Shown here piece after piece: positions 52,040-64,000 of a DNA stretch of 64,000 bases. Under the pieces are notes generated by a model. It worked only from the letters and a program-made list of their open reading frames with translations. It made no database searches and had not been told where the DNA came from. The stretch is from positions 1,560,901 to 1,624,900 of the forward strand of contig CM082593.2 of the NCBI GenBank assembly GCA_040954595.2, given 5' to 3'. The DNA comes from Balanoglossus misakiensis. Taxonomy: Eukaryota > Animalia > Hemichordata. Within the stretch, counting starts at the first letter, position 1. Every line of letters starts with the position of its first letter. The position numbers and the translations under genes were made by a program.

Positions 52040-55000
52040 TTGCTCTTCACCCAAGCTCTTGAGACAGATAGCTTATTTTCTAATTCCCCCCAAATCACAA
52101 CGCAATGTGAGTAATGTAAGGGTTTATACTGCACTGCAAACAAAACTTTGTCCTGATCTTCCCAACCCCTGGAAATTTGCTCAGGAAACCCCATCAGACT
52201 TTTTTCCTGACAGAGCAATCTAGCAAACAGCTTATTTGACAATGAGACGAAAATGTCCTATCGCCCAAGCAATCTACCAGATATCATTTTTGCTCATGTC
52301 TTTTCAAAAAGTTAATCGTTGTGAGGGTAATAACATGTTCAAGATGATACAAGATTTTTACAGTAACATGATCTGGGAAAAAAGATTTCTCTGTAACCTG
52401 ATTACTGTTTTGAAATTTCTGATCAAATGGAGAAAAAAGTTTACGGGGGTCAGCTTTATGCTAACTTTGTAATTGCATTGCTTGATACAACTTCCTTACT
52501 GCGTGTCCACAGAGAGGTTTTTTTCTCTCTTGACGATTGATTTTTCATTGATCTTTATTAACAATATGTCGGATTTCCAATTAGCAATCACTCATGATCA
52601 GAATCTCTTCTGCTGCCATGGTTACATTTTTTTCATCCTCGTCTCCCAAACTTTGGGTAGAACTATTTCAACTTTCTTCACTTGAAATTAAAATATAAAA
52701 ACATTTTGTAATTTGTACTGTGATTTTGTATCTTATTCTATCAGTTTACCAAAGAAAATTAATTTTCTGATAAATTTTTGAAGGTAGAGTGAACAGAAAA
52801 TGTACATAATGGAGAACTCAAAATTGTGTAAACTCGTACATTGCTGGAAGTAGTGTTTTGAAAAGATCGTTCTATTTGTGCAATGAAGATATCTGGCTTG
52901 CATTTTCTGTTGGCAGTGGTAAGTTAAAAGTGAAACAGCTATCAGTTGCAATCAAAATGAGATTGAAAGAAGATCTGGTATTACAAAAGTGAATAGAAAA
53001 TGCCTGAAGACACATGCATGTAAATTCTTCCAAAATGTCATCAATTCTGGCGCGAACTTCTCAGATTGCATATCGGCATGCTACATGTATCTCACTGGTT
53101 GGAACATACAATAAGACAAATTCTTCTGAGAAACGACGCTTGTTAAGAAAACACTTGAAAAGTACACGGTTCTCCCGAATTGCTCATTAGTTTCAGCGAA
53201 AACCCTCGGGGCAAATAAACTGAAACTCTAAATATCCTTCATAGGAAATTAATTCAAAACTTATGCAACCTTCTCCTAAATGATTACATGATCGGCCTGA
53301 CTTGTACATACAGAATATGATAGATTTATTTCAGTTGCTTTGTCTGAGTCTTTGCTGGAGGGAACATCACTGGAGGAGACATCCAACCAACAGCTCCCCG
53401 ACAAACCAGCCTGGCTTAGCAAGGCATCATGGGATATCATATACTATCACACGGCCGGTGATTGGATAATTTAAAAAGTGGGGAAATTGAGCACTGTGAC
53501 AGTCCTTCATCATGGCAAACTTTAGTAAAAGAAACCCACATTGAATCACAACTAAAGCTACTTAGCATTCACCTCACATGAGTATCATATCGTCCATCTT
53601 TTTATATCGTCTGCAAATGCTTTGATTGGGCTTCCCCTCAGCTAACCTTGCGTCCATCAATCTCTCTGCCTCTTGGCTGCTTTATACGACCTGCCATTTC
53701 AGTCTGCCCATATTTTACAAAACCGTACACAGTCCTAGTTATTTCGACAATTTGTAATTTCACTGAATTGAGCAGTGCAGAATCCAAATTCACCCACAAC
53801 GGAACAATATTCTGTTAAGGATGTCTCACTGCCCTGGCTATTGAAAACTTCCTGCATTTGCCGATAATTTTTGCAACCATTGTATAACTTGCGTGAGAAT
53901 TATGTATTTCCTATAATAATACCCACAGGTCTTAATCTATCAGGTGAAATGTCCTAATTCTGCACTAGACAGTGCAAAGTGGCTTCACTCGAAAGGTCAT
54001 GCCAGAAATTAAACTGATGTTTCGAAACAATGACTACTTCTTTGTAAATAAGTAAACTGATGTGAATTAAACATTTTTCTGACTCATATATTCATATCTC
54101 ATAATTTATTGATAGATTTATCATACATATGACACTTTATCAATATTAATTTTCACTTAAAACTGCTATTAAGATAAATGTTTGGGTAAAATGATAGGTT
54201 AAATTAATTTTTAGCAAATTATCATTTCACACATTAGCTTTACATTTGTAAATGCTATTTTTTATGATGAATATAATATCTTGTAAGAAAGATTACTCTC
54301 GTGGCCTGAAAATTCCTGCCAAATGGAATACAACTTTAAAGATACGTTTCCCGATAAGTTCCATGTTATATTTGATAGTTACAATGAAACCAGTGGGGAA
54401 ATGATTTCAATTGTACACACACTTGTGTCTCAATTGATCACACATGACCATTATGCAACGCAGGAAAAAAAAATTTTAATATTAAATACAAAAATTCATC
54501 TTTTCATCGATGCCCAAGCGATGCAGCTGCTTAGACGGTCTCCGACAGACCTCATGTAAAAATGATGAATTTACAAATGTTTGCGCCGTGCGTGAAGACA
54601 TGGCTGACAGTGTAATCCCCACGTTGGCGCCAATCACAATAAGGTGGGTGTGATGTCGCACGAATGAGGCATCAATGCCCTTAGCAACAGCTGGAAATGT
54701 CTATAATAGACACCTAGCGACGGAGGGGATGTTTTCTACCGAACATGGACGGCCAGTCAGTAACAACAGTGCTGTTCACATTGTGTAAAGATACGATCTC
54801 TCTGGCCATGGCTAAAATGGATCCACTTTGTGGGGGAGATAGATATGTCCTCCACACATACTTGTATTCAGTGTTTCATTCAGGGTCGGTTATTAAGATA
54901 TCGTACACACCTCAGAGGCAGATTGTTCAAAAAATGACAGTCCTCCAAACTTTAAAATCCTTGGATATATTAAAGTGTTCGTACAATAACTGATTAGTTG

Positions 55001-58000
55001 GATATGATTCCATTTTCATAGAGAGACTTTTCCTAATTTCCAGCGATAATTTTTGCCAGAAATGCTAAAAAAAGCAGACACTGCATATTACCCGTATACA
55101 GAAGAATTTTATTGGCTTCTGGTCTTATCTGCATCACAGAGATGGGCAACCACCACGACATTGACAAATAGTGATGAAGTACGCTGTATTACCACAAATG
55201 CAAATAACAGCACTGTACTATTTCACCAGGAAGATAATACGCTGACTGACAATTGTTGGCAGGAATTAACGTACATAACTAAATAAGTATGCTTAGACCT
55301 GCCACAGAGTCTGTATGTCTGATGAGTCCCCCTTGTGGGATGATTTCACTGGAATGTTTTCGTGAGACTGAGAGGCAGTGGCGTTTGGATATCACAACTC
55401 GGTTTACGCGAACCAATATGGCTGCATCCCTTTGAGGCTATCATTCCCAGGGCTACACCACCGAGAGACAGCATTCGAAAAATCTCAAAAACCATCATTC
55501 ACTCTCCAATTCCGTTGCCATGCTGACCAGGTTGGCTGAAGCGAAACCGGGGACATTTCTCTCGTCAATTTTCAGGTACAGATCGCCGGGGAGACACTTG
55601 ACCTTAATCAAACCCTGGTTGTGTAAATCAAAGTTGCCGTGGTAACAGTCATGCGTATTTGTCGCTTGCAAGGCAAGAGCCTCCAGGAAACGATTGCTGA
55701 TAAGACAAAATAAATTCAATGTTTCTAGATTCAACATTCCGTTCATCTGAATCCATGTTGACAGTGCCTTTACAATATTTGAAACATTTCAGTGTGTCCT
55801 CCACATTCCATTCAAAGAGAAATATCTGTTGACTTTCAATAACCATTTGAAGGTTAAAATAAGTTACTTAAGGTATTTGTGACATTTCTTTTACTGTCAA
55901 TAAGGTTGACGACCACAGATGGAACATGATAAACGAAATTCAAATCATTTCTGGAGTAGTAGCAGTAGCTTGTATCTAGTGAAAAATCCCTGCTTGTCAC
56001 TTCTTTTCTCAAAATCTACCAGGCAACAGCAGAGCAGACCGCAGAAATTGTGCGCCAAAATTATTGCTAGGTAATGATGGCATTGACAACATAACAGTGA
56101 CGTCAAAGCAATTTTGGATTACGGTTTATTTACGTGCAAAAAAAATACTCTTCTCACTGTTAATTATTTCTGAAGGAACAAAAAAGAAAAAAAAACCCAC
56201 TGGCGTAATTGTCACGTGCGGGTGAGCATGCTCGCGCACAATGACATCCAGGTCATACGTGTAAACGACATGCCCGAACATGAAGAATTGGGACCATTGT
56301 TCGAAATAACAGAATCGCTTGACTGTTGACGGACAAATGGATACATGTGTATACTTTATACATTGACCCTTCAATGGAAAATCCCCCGGCCTTTGTTGGT
56401 TGAACAATAAAAGTATACACATTTCGTAATTGGAAACTATACTGAACTGAACAGAATACTGTTATGTTATGCTATGTTTTTGATATGTTCTGTTATGTTT
56501 TTTTATGTTTTGTACATGTAGCAGTGATGTTACATGATGTATTAAGCTTTGTGCATACTTGTCTTAGTGCACTTACAACATATGTTTTGTTATCCATTAA
56601 TTGGTTTGTACGTTATTAGGGCAGTCTGTTTGGATTGAGGAGGGTGGGGGTTTGGAGGCAAAGAGGATGTATGCACTGCCCTGTACACTGTATAATGACT
56701 TCCTAACACTGTAATAATGTTTTGGCCTCTTTGAAGATTTGGAAAAGAGTGCATGCTAAATTGATGAGCAATTTCCCGGACACTTCTACGGGCTGCAGCC
56801 ACTGCAGAGGTGAGGGGGTGGAGCCAAGAGTATTCTGTCCACCACTCGGACAGTATAGACTAGTAGTACAGTATGTACACAAATCCACTTCAAATAAATC
56901 ATGTTGGTTATTGTCAACCGCTAAGTGTGTGTTTTAACAGGATGCACACGTCATAATTATGTCACTCCACTAGACAACATGTAGAAGACGTCCTTCAAAG
57001 ACATCTATCAGAAGGCTCATTCGTGTCACCGTTGGTCGTCATGGCTACTGAACAAAATGTGGATCCTTTGCCAGCCTGATAATCTAAATCTCTTTGTGAA
57101 TCACACAATGCTTGTTACTGTATGTTCCACGTCTGTAAATGTCAACTTAGGAGGAAAATTACTTACACACCGGCAAGTAAAAACTAATTACGCACTTCAA
57201 AGCGAAAAAATGCCATCAAATCCCAGAGGCACACACATGCCCTTTTCGGTCATTGTGTGTATGGTTCCGAGTTAAACGAAACAAAGGTAGAAACTGACAG
57301 TTGATGAAACTGAATGAGAACTTTTTGGTGTGGAGCCTTCTCTTTGAAGGTTGTCCTGGGACAAGCATTGAACGGTTTGTCGCTATCCTGAAAAAAAAGT
57401 GGCGCATGGCATACTGCGCGTCTGTCTCCGATTTGTGGAGGAAGCTCACGAGGATAGCCAGTGTCTCCACAGTGTCTATTGTTCCCTGTAAGCCAGTCAC
57501 CACTATTGTCCCCAGAACAAGTGTAGTTGTATACATTTTTTACGACTCCACCTGTGTCTGGGTTCGTCTTCCATGGGGTGCGCAGCCATGTGTCGCCGCG
57601 GATTCTATGCGAGGTAATTCCGTTACCCGGGCGTCCGACCCAATCACAAGAAAAGAGTCTTAGAATTTCTTGCCCCTCGTCTCTCCAAACGCGCGGACAA
57701 ATCACTGTCACCTTTTCGACCCTTGACACTTCATCGGGCAGCTATGTCAAACTGTGTAGATTTTAACAGTTGCGCGAAACTTCTCCTGATGTTTGACTAC
57801 CACGCTCCGAACTGCCTTGACCCCCCAGAAGGGTTCACACTGACCCCCCCCCCCTCCCCAGGTAACGCAGTGAATAGCTCTTCAAGTCAATTTGACGGGC
57901 ATAAAAGTATTTCTTTTCAATGACCTTGTGAACATTGCATGATATTACCTCAAACTGTGATCACTTGGTGCCCAGGTCTGTTTGATGACTGGTCTGAAAG

Positions 58001-58812
58001 CTGGAAACGCCTAGTGACGTTTAACGGTTCAGTGCATGCTCTAGTGTTCAAAACTATAAGAGTGACCGACTCCATGAAACTTGTAAACTATACAGATCGG
58101 CGTCTTGCTGAATTCAGATTTCGGTGTCTGGGACTTTGTTCAGTCACAGAATGTGAGCGATTTTATACTGCAAAATTATGGAAGGGAAACTTGGGCGTAA
58201 TAAAAAGGAAAATGCAATTTCCTGACTTCAAACATGTCTCTGTTTAATGAATTTATACCACTGGAAATTAGACAGTCTTTGATGTGAACATCATAAATTT
58301 GGGGGAGGGGGTGCAAAGGAACTCAAAGATAAGGGAACAATTCTTAGAATCTTAATTTAACAGTGTCCAACATCCTGTTCCTTGTTGTAGTAAAAAGGCA
58401 AAACAGATTTTTTAGTGCTGTCATTAAAATGAAATTCAGAATTCATCATTAAGATTATGATGAATTTTTCTTGTGTCTCCAATTATTATATTTTACGTCA
58501 AATCTCGTCTGCTGATTAGGTTCTGTCTCCACTGAATGTAATCATGCTGGTTTTTATTAGCCAATTGAAAGACTTACATAGCAGATTTATTTTCTGGCAG
58601 CAAATCTCTTATCAATGGAAAAAAATTTCAGAGAATTAATTGATTCTGATGAAAATCCCTAATTTGTCTGTTTTTCCTTCAATTAACAACAGAGGTCACA
58701 TTTTTTGTTTTCAATTACGATAACTCATTCCTGATGCAAACAGTCTCCTTCATTAACCTACAGTTTAAAGACAAAATTCCTTGTACAGTTTTTATCAGCA
58801 ACGCAAAAAGCT

Positions 58813-58832
58813 TGACCTGACCTGACCTGACC
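58813..58832. repeat. (TGACC)4 microsatellite
   Basis: tgacctgacctgacctgacc. Confidence 0.8.
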
Positions 58833-61473
58833 CCAACTAGTACGTACAACGAATGGATGAGACTGGGAAAAGCTCAGACGGTCTACTACATGTATCAGCA
58901 CTCAGTAATTTGAGCCTCTGACTGATTCTGTAATATTAACCTCTTCAATTGTTGTAACCATACCTTCTCTTTTTCTCTGAAATATGTCAGAAAAGATTAA
59001 TGTATATGTACTTTACCTAGCTAACATTATTTATGGATAAAAATTATATTGTACCTTTTCTGCCATTTTCTTTGGAGTCATGCAGTTGCTAAACTCATCT
59101 AACTAACCCTTCTCCCCCAACTAAACTGTGTGACTTATTTTCAAATGTTGCCCATTACGGCATTAGACAAGATCTGGAACTTTTGTTTTTTTAAAAACTC
59201 TGCTTACAACAAACAGAGAACTGTTAGTCCTGCGTTGTCCCTGGATACACGACACACACACACCACATAACAAACTTACTGGGCAGTCGAGCCTTACATT
59301 CCCATGATGCCTCACTGCAGTCCTATTGCGCCAAAATCAACTACACAGGTAAACACTGTGGGAACATTGTCATACATGAGTGTACATGTCAGACAACTTT
59401 GACAAGCGGTAATTCTTTTGATAGCGCTATTCTCGTGTTTTTTTTCTTGTTGTTCTAAAATGAGAAACTCAAAACCACTTTTTTAACTGTGATCTGAAAT
59501 TTAAAACTTTCTGATACAACGGCCGGGCCGACAAAGAGTAGCTTTCATTCTGAAGTGTTCCCTTACTCGGTGTTTACACTCAACAGGTCAAAGTTTGCAC
59601 GATAAACACAATTGGTAAGTAAAAAAAAGATACAAAGGTTTTCTTGTGGAGTTTGAACGCTGCTAAATTGTGTCTTTCAATTTTCGCCAGCGCACTGATG
59701 CAAGTTTATGAATCACCTGACAGCGACAAGTTACTTCAGCATATTGTGTTTCCTTTGATGTTCACGTAAATAATGCATTTGGCAGGAGCATATAATGGGA
59801 AAAAAGCACAAAATAACAACAGCGATTTACGACTACTGTTAGACTATTTGTCTGATTCGTTTTGCCTGAGCTTCATGTACCTGTTGATTGGACGTCTGCC
59901 AAGTTGGCCAATTCCCCAGACGACGACAACAAAGAAGTGTGTTTTACTGTGTTGTTTTGAGTACAGCACTCTATATGAAATTGTCAATAACGAGAAGATT
60001 AAATCACTGCCAATTTCTTACAAAATTCTTTAATCCACCTGCTCTGGAGTTACATATTATGGAAGGCAAATATCATAGGAAACACATCAGAGAGAAGTGC
60101 TGTGCATCAAACGCGACAGATTCTGTCCATCTTACTTTGTGTCCGCATCTCTGCAAGTCGGGACACGACCCTCTCAGTGTTCCCGACAAAACCTCTAGCC
60201 GTCGACAGTTACAGCTTTTTGAACAAGGAGTCACACACATGCACTCCCTTGATACCATGTTGACAAACGGTATACCGACATGAAAGGGTGTGTACAAACG
60301 AAAGATTACAGGGTCTATTGGATCTAAGTTGCTAACATAAAACTCGGCTATTCATGGGCGGCCATTATACCTGGGCGAGCACGGTCCCTCCTAACTTCCC
60401 ATATCCCACCTGCATATTTTTTTCTGCATAAGTTTATCCCTAAAGAAATGTCCCTCCCTTCTAAAGTGAAAACTTTTCCAACAGCCAAAAACCACTAGCC
60501 ATTGTGGCTGGGTCACCTAGTCTTTGAACGTTCTGACACATCGATGTCACAAGCCAGCTTCAACAAATCCGACCGCTCCAGGCCAGATCCTACCACGCAT
60601 AAAAACACCAGTAAACTTCACAATTGATTAAGTTCAAGTACACTATTAACCTTGTGGCTATTTTTGAGTTTCTTGTCCGTTTTCTAACCATGAGTGGTCA
60701 TTAAGTGCTGGGCTACACTCCACTAAGAATAGCAAACTCGGTGGTAAATCACTCCTCCAAGTCGCACAATTAATCGCAACTGTTAGCAAGCGTTGTGTTG
60801 TTGTTAACGCACATCAGCTGAATACGGCGGCCAGCTCTAAATCATTGTCCCTCGCTCAGTTTTCAAACTGAGTGTCACGCTTAGCTACGAGAAAGTACAT
60901 CATCATCTTTGTTGTGAGACTTATAGTAACAGAGAAATTAGCAGCAGTGTGCCATCAAACAAAGATAAGTTTTAAGAGCTTTTCTTGAGTCACCAGTGAG
61001 TTTGTTGAGTCAGTGGTGCATCATATGGGCTTAGAGGGTACACTGTTTAACAGTGTACAGTACAATTTACTTTGCAGTGACTTGTGTATCGAATTACAAC
61101 AGGTGTGATAGTACCAACAGAGACTGGAATCAGTATCTCTCACCCCTCAATATTTTTGGGATGGTCTCATTATCCTACACCATGTACCCATTATGGGCGA
61201 ACTATTACATAACGTGGGGTGGTCAACGTAAAGAAAGCAGCATGGTTTCATTGTAGTGCTGGCATTGTCTCACAGAGAAGACACCATCAGGGGAATAGTG
61301 TCTTCCCACACAAACCCCAGAAGTGTCTGAGATACTCCATGATAGTCAACAGGGAAAAATAACAACAGAGTCCAAACAAAGAAAATCTGTATTCATAGCA
61401 TGTCTTAACATCTTCAGTATCTCAGTATATATACAAAGGAATGCCAATGAGCAGCTGGGGAACAATTTGTTCC

Positions 61474-61566
61474 TTAACCCCTTCACCACTATGGTCCAGT
61501 CCAAACCCATTGTTTTCTATGGTAAGGTCGGACTTCTATAGAGGAAACTGGGGGTGAAAGCGTTAA
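61474..61566 (+). mobile_element. 93-bp TTAA-flanked MITE-like element (piggyBac-type ends)
   Basis: TTAA at both ends (61474-77 and 61563-66). Terminal inverted repeat ttaaccccttcacc versus reverse complement ttaacgctttcacc (12/14). TTAA plus CCC-type ends is the established piggyBac signature. A related copy lies at 28162-28254. Confidence 0.65.
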
Positions 61567-64000
61567 GAAAGTATTCCTGATAAATGAACCTCCAGAAATT
61601 ACTCTTCTCCCAAGGCTCTCATACATTTTGAGCATTTCTTACATCAATTCCTGCGAACAATATGGCAAAGAGGATCTGTATGATCAAAATGTACATGCAA
61701 GAAACACAGTCCACATATATTTTACTTTTAAAAAAATGAAGCACTCTGACTTTGAAAGAAAAAGCATGTTAATAATGCAAAAATGGCAGCCATTGGGACT
61801 TTACGGAAGACAGGGAAATAACCCTGGCAACAGCATTGACGAAGTCCAGACTTCAACTTGACCTTCGACCCAGACCACTCACCTTTGGTCCAGACAGACT
61901 GGTTAGGTCGCGTAGATACTGTAGATATTTTAATCCAGATTGGCTGTTTACAAAGGAAGAAACAAATACCTTACAAGTATTGGATAACCAAATGTGGGGG
62001 TGGTTTATTTGCGTTTACAATCCCCATCATCACGATTTTCAGTTGTTTTATTTTCTGAGTGCCTTTTTATATTTGGAGTCAACACAAACTGAGGTAAAAT
62101 AGCTGTTTGGTTGTCAAGTGCAGTACCCACTACATGAGAATATCTAAAGAGACTTTTAATGTCTTTTAATCAAGTATTTGGCTATTGGTATTCACCTTGT
62201 AATCTGTCGAAAGCACACAATAGCTTTGAGCAAGTATCTTGATATTACTGTTACCTCGACACTCTGGGTGTCACATGACACGTGAGAGTCGAGACTCTAC
62301 GTTAATGAATGAATGAATAAGTGAAAATAAGAATTTAAAAGGACAGAGCTGTAACATTTGCCATTTTTTCTGTGAATAAACTTCAGTTAGGATTTCTTCA
62401 ATGCCCCTGGGTTTTATTTCATCTCTTTTTATTGTGACCATGTGAATTATCGTCAGTCGATCATGCCCTCAGAACTTGGCAATAGCGCGAGAAAAACATA
62501 TATTCCTGAATCCCCCCCCCCCCCCACCTTCCTTGGAGGTTTTTTTTTTCTTCAAGGTGAGAATGAGGTTAAAAGTGCAATGTCAACCTCACAGTTGAAT
62601 TCTCAAGTTTAAAAAGGTTTAATTTACAGGTACCAAGTTTGGCTATACTCTACTGTAACGGTTCACAATGTTCCATGATCTTCCTGAACTTTTAACACAC
62701 TCCTCAAAGTTTTAAAAAGTTCCTATTGGCCTACCTCGAGTCACTTTTTTTTGACAGGGTCATTTACTATTCATGACGCGACTTCGCATCGGTAAGTGCA
62801 CACAGAAATCTGCCGCATTTATTATAAATTCTGCTGCCATATTTACTATGAATTGGAAACCTCAATTACAAGCCAGGGCGTTCCGGGGGCATATGTCAGT
62901 TCAGCATTGATTTCAATCAGTCTCTACCGGGTATTGGAAATAATTAAGCTTTGATACCGAGCCAGGATTTCATCGCGGACAATTAACTCGAGAGATTGCA
63001 GGCAGGTTCTGGTCTTCCCAAACAGAAATTCTCTTGGAAGTTTCACAGGATACAAACGCTCAATGTTAATGTAAAGTTAGCCTCTCTGTTAATTTTTCTG
63101 ACAAACTGCAGTGCTTTCTCCAGGGTTTTCGGGACAAAGAAATAGTTCCGATGTGAGGTAATTTTTGTATTATGACACTCAAGAACCACTTCCTGTCGGT
63201 AGTCTACCTTGTACCACCCAACTAGCTAGTAATCTTACACCTTTGAATATAAAATGGTTGCGGAAAAAGGCACCACAAAGGCAAGACCATAGAGTACGGA
63301 CAAAAGCTATTTACAGTCTTCCAGATAGTGGTAATCTTATCATAAACTTATCATAAAAATGTCCTTTTTGGTAAAAAAAGTACCTTTATGGTTTACATGA
63401 GTAAATCCTTGATTTGTTCCCATTCATGCAAGACCCTTACGTTCAAATGAAGAAAAAGTATAAAAAAGTGGTTTTTCCTGAAAAAGTAATTGCCTGCCAC
63501 AGGAAATGCTTTACAAATGATTGCTAAAAAACGATTACGATAAAGTTATAGGAGAATATCAAAAATTCAAACATCATATTAAAATCTGAGACACAAAATA
63601 GCTAGCTCTTTTATCCTGTGGCAAAAAAAAACTGAAAGGAAAAGTAAAACTATTGAGACAAGACCGTCTTTCTGAAGAAGAAAAAAATTCACAGACATAT
63701 TGAAATTTCTGAAATCTGAAAATTCTGAAGAAAATCTCTTCGATGAAAGACCTTGGTAAATCCATCTGATTCCTCTGCTCGCAGATTCTGGTGTTGTTCG
63801 TTTTTAGTGTGAATCGCGCATTATGTCGTTTGGTGGCCTTTTGTGTACACACATGTACGCCATAAGTCACTCTCAATACAAGCTCAACGGGTAATAGAGC
63901 TCTTCATTTTACTTTACGATAGCCGCAGACAGACTCGGCATTCAAAAGCAGTGGGCTGGAGACGGTTTCTCTCCTTTCATCAAGAAATCATTAAATTTTC

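Noticed and set aside
57216-57923. Overlapping ORFs on both strands in a CpG-richer patch
   Set aside because: Best explained by locally higher GC giving fewer stops; no motifs. More likely regulatory DNA.

Overview
This is AT-rich (roughly 37-39% GC by eye), intron-containing animal genomic DNA, not a prokaryotic or phage locus; an invertebrate deuterostome is my guess, by inference only. The only securely identifiable gene is the 5' coding part of a ZMIZ1 (Zimp10/tonalli-like MIZ zinc-finger coactivator) orthologue on the minus strand. Three GT-AG coding exons (7725/7680-7630, 6027-5914, 4471-4366) splice to (MYHQGDLLSSLPSPA)[90 protein letters not shown], the conserved N-terminal helical domain. 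I found no further exon in 1-4365, so the rest of the gene probably lies left of the window. The remaining ~56 kb has no recognisable protein and looks like 5'UTR introns or upstream regulatory DNA. It contains motif clusters (CTCF, RFX X-box, CCAAT, POU heptamer-octamer), small MITE-like relics, a foldback inverted repeat, simple repeats and a ~2.1 kb block of decayed, tiled minus-strand reading frames of unknown origin. Almost all ORFs in the supplied track appear spurious. I found no CRISPR array, rRNA or tRNA, and I cannot support a new multi-gene system here. The best leads are the unexplained decayed coding block and a dual acceptor/dual ATG switch at the ZMIZ1 start.
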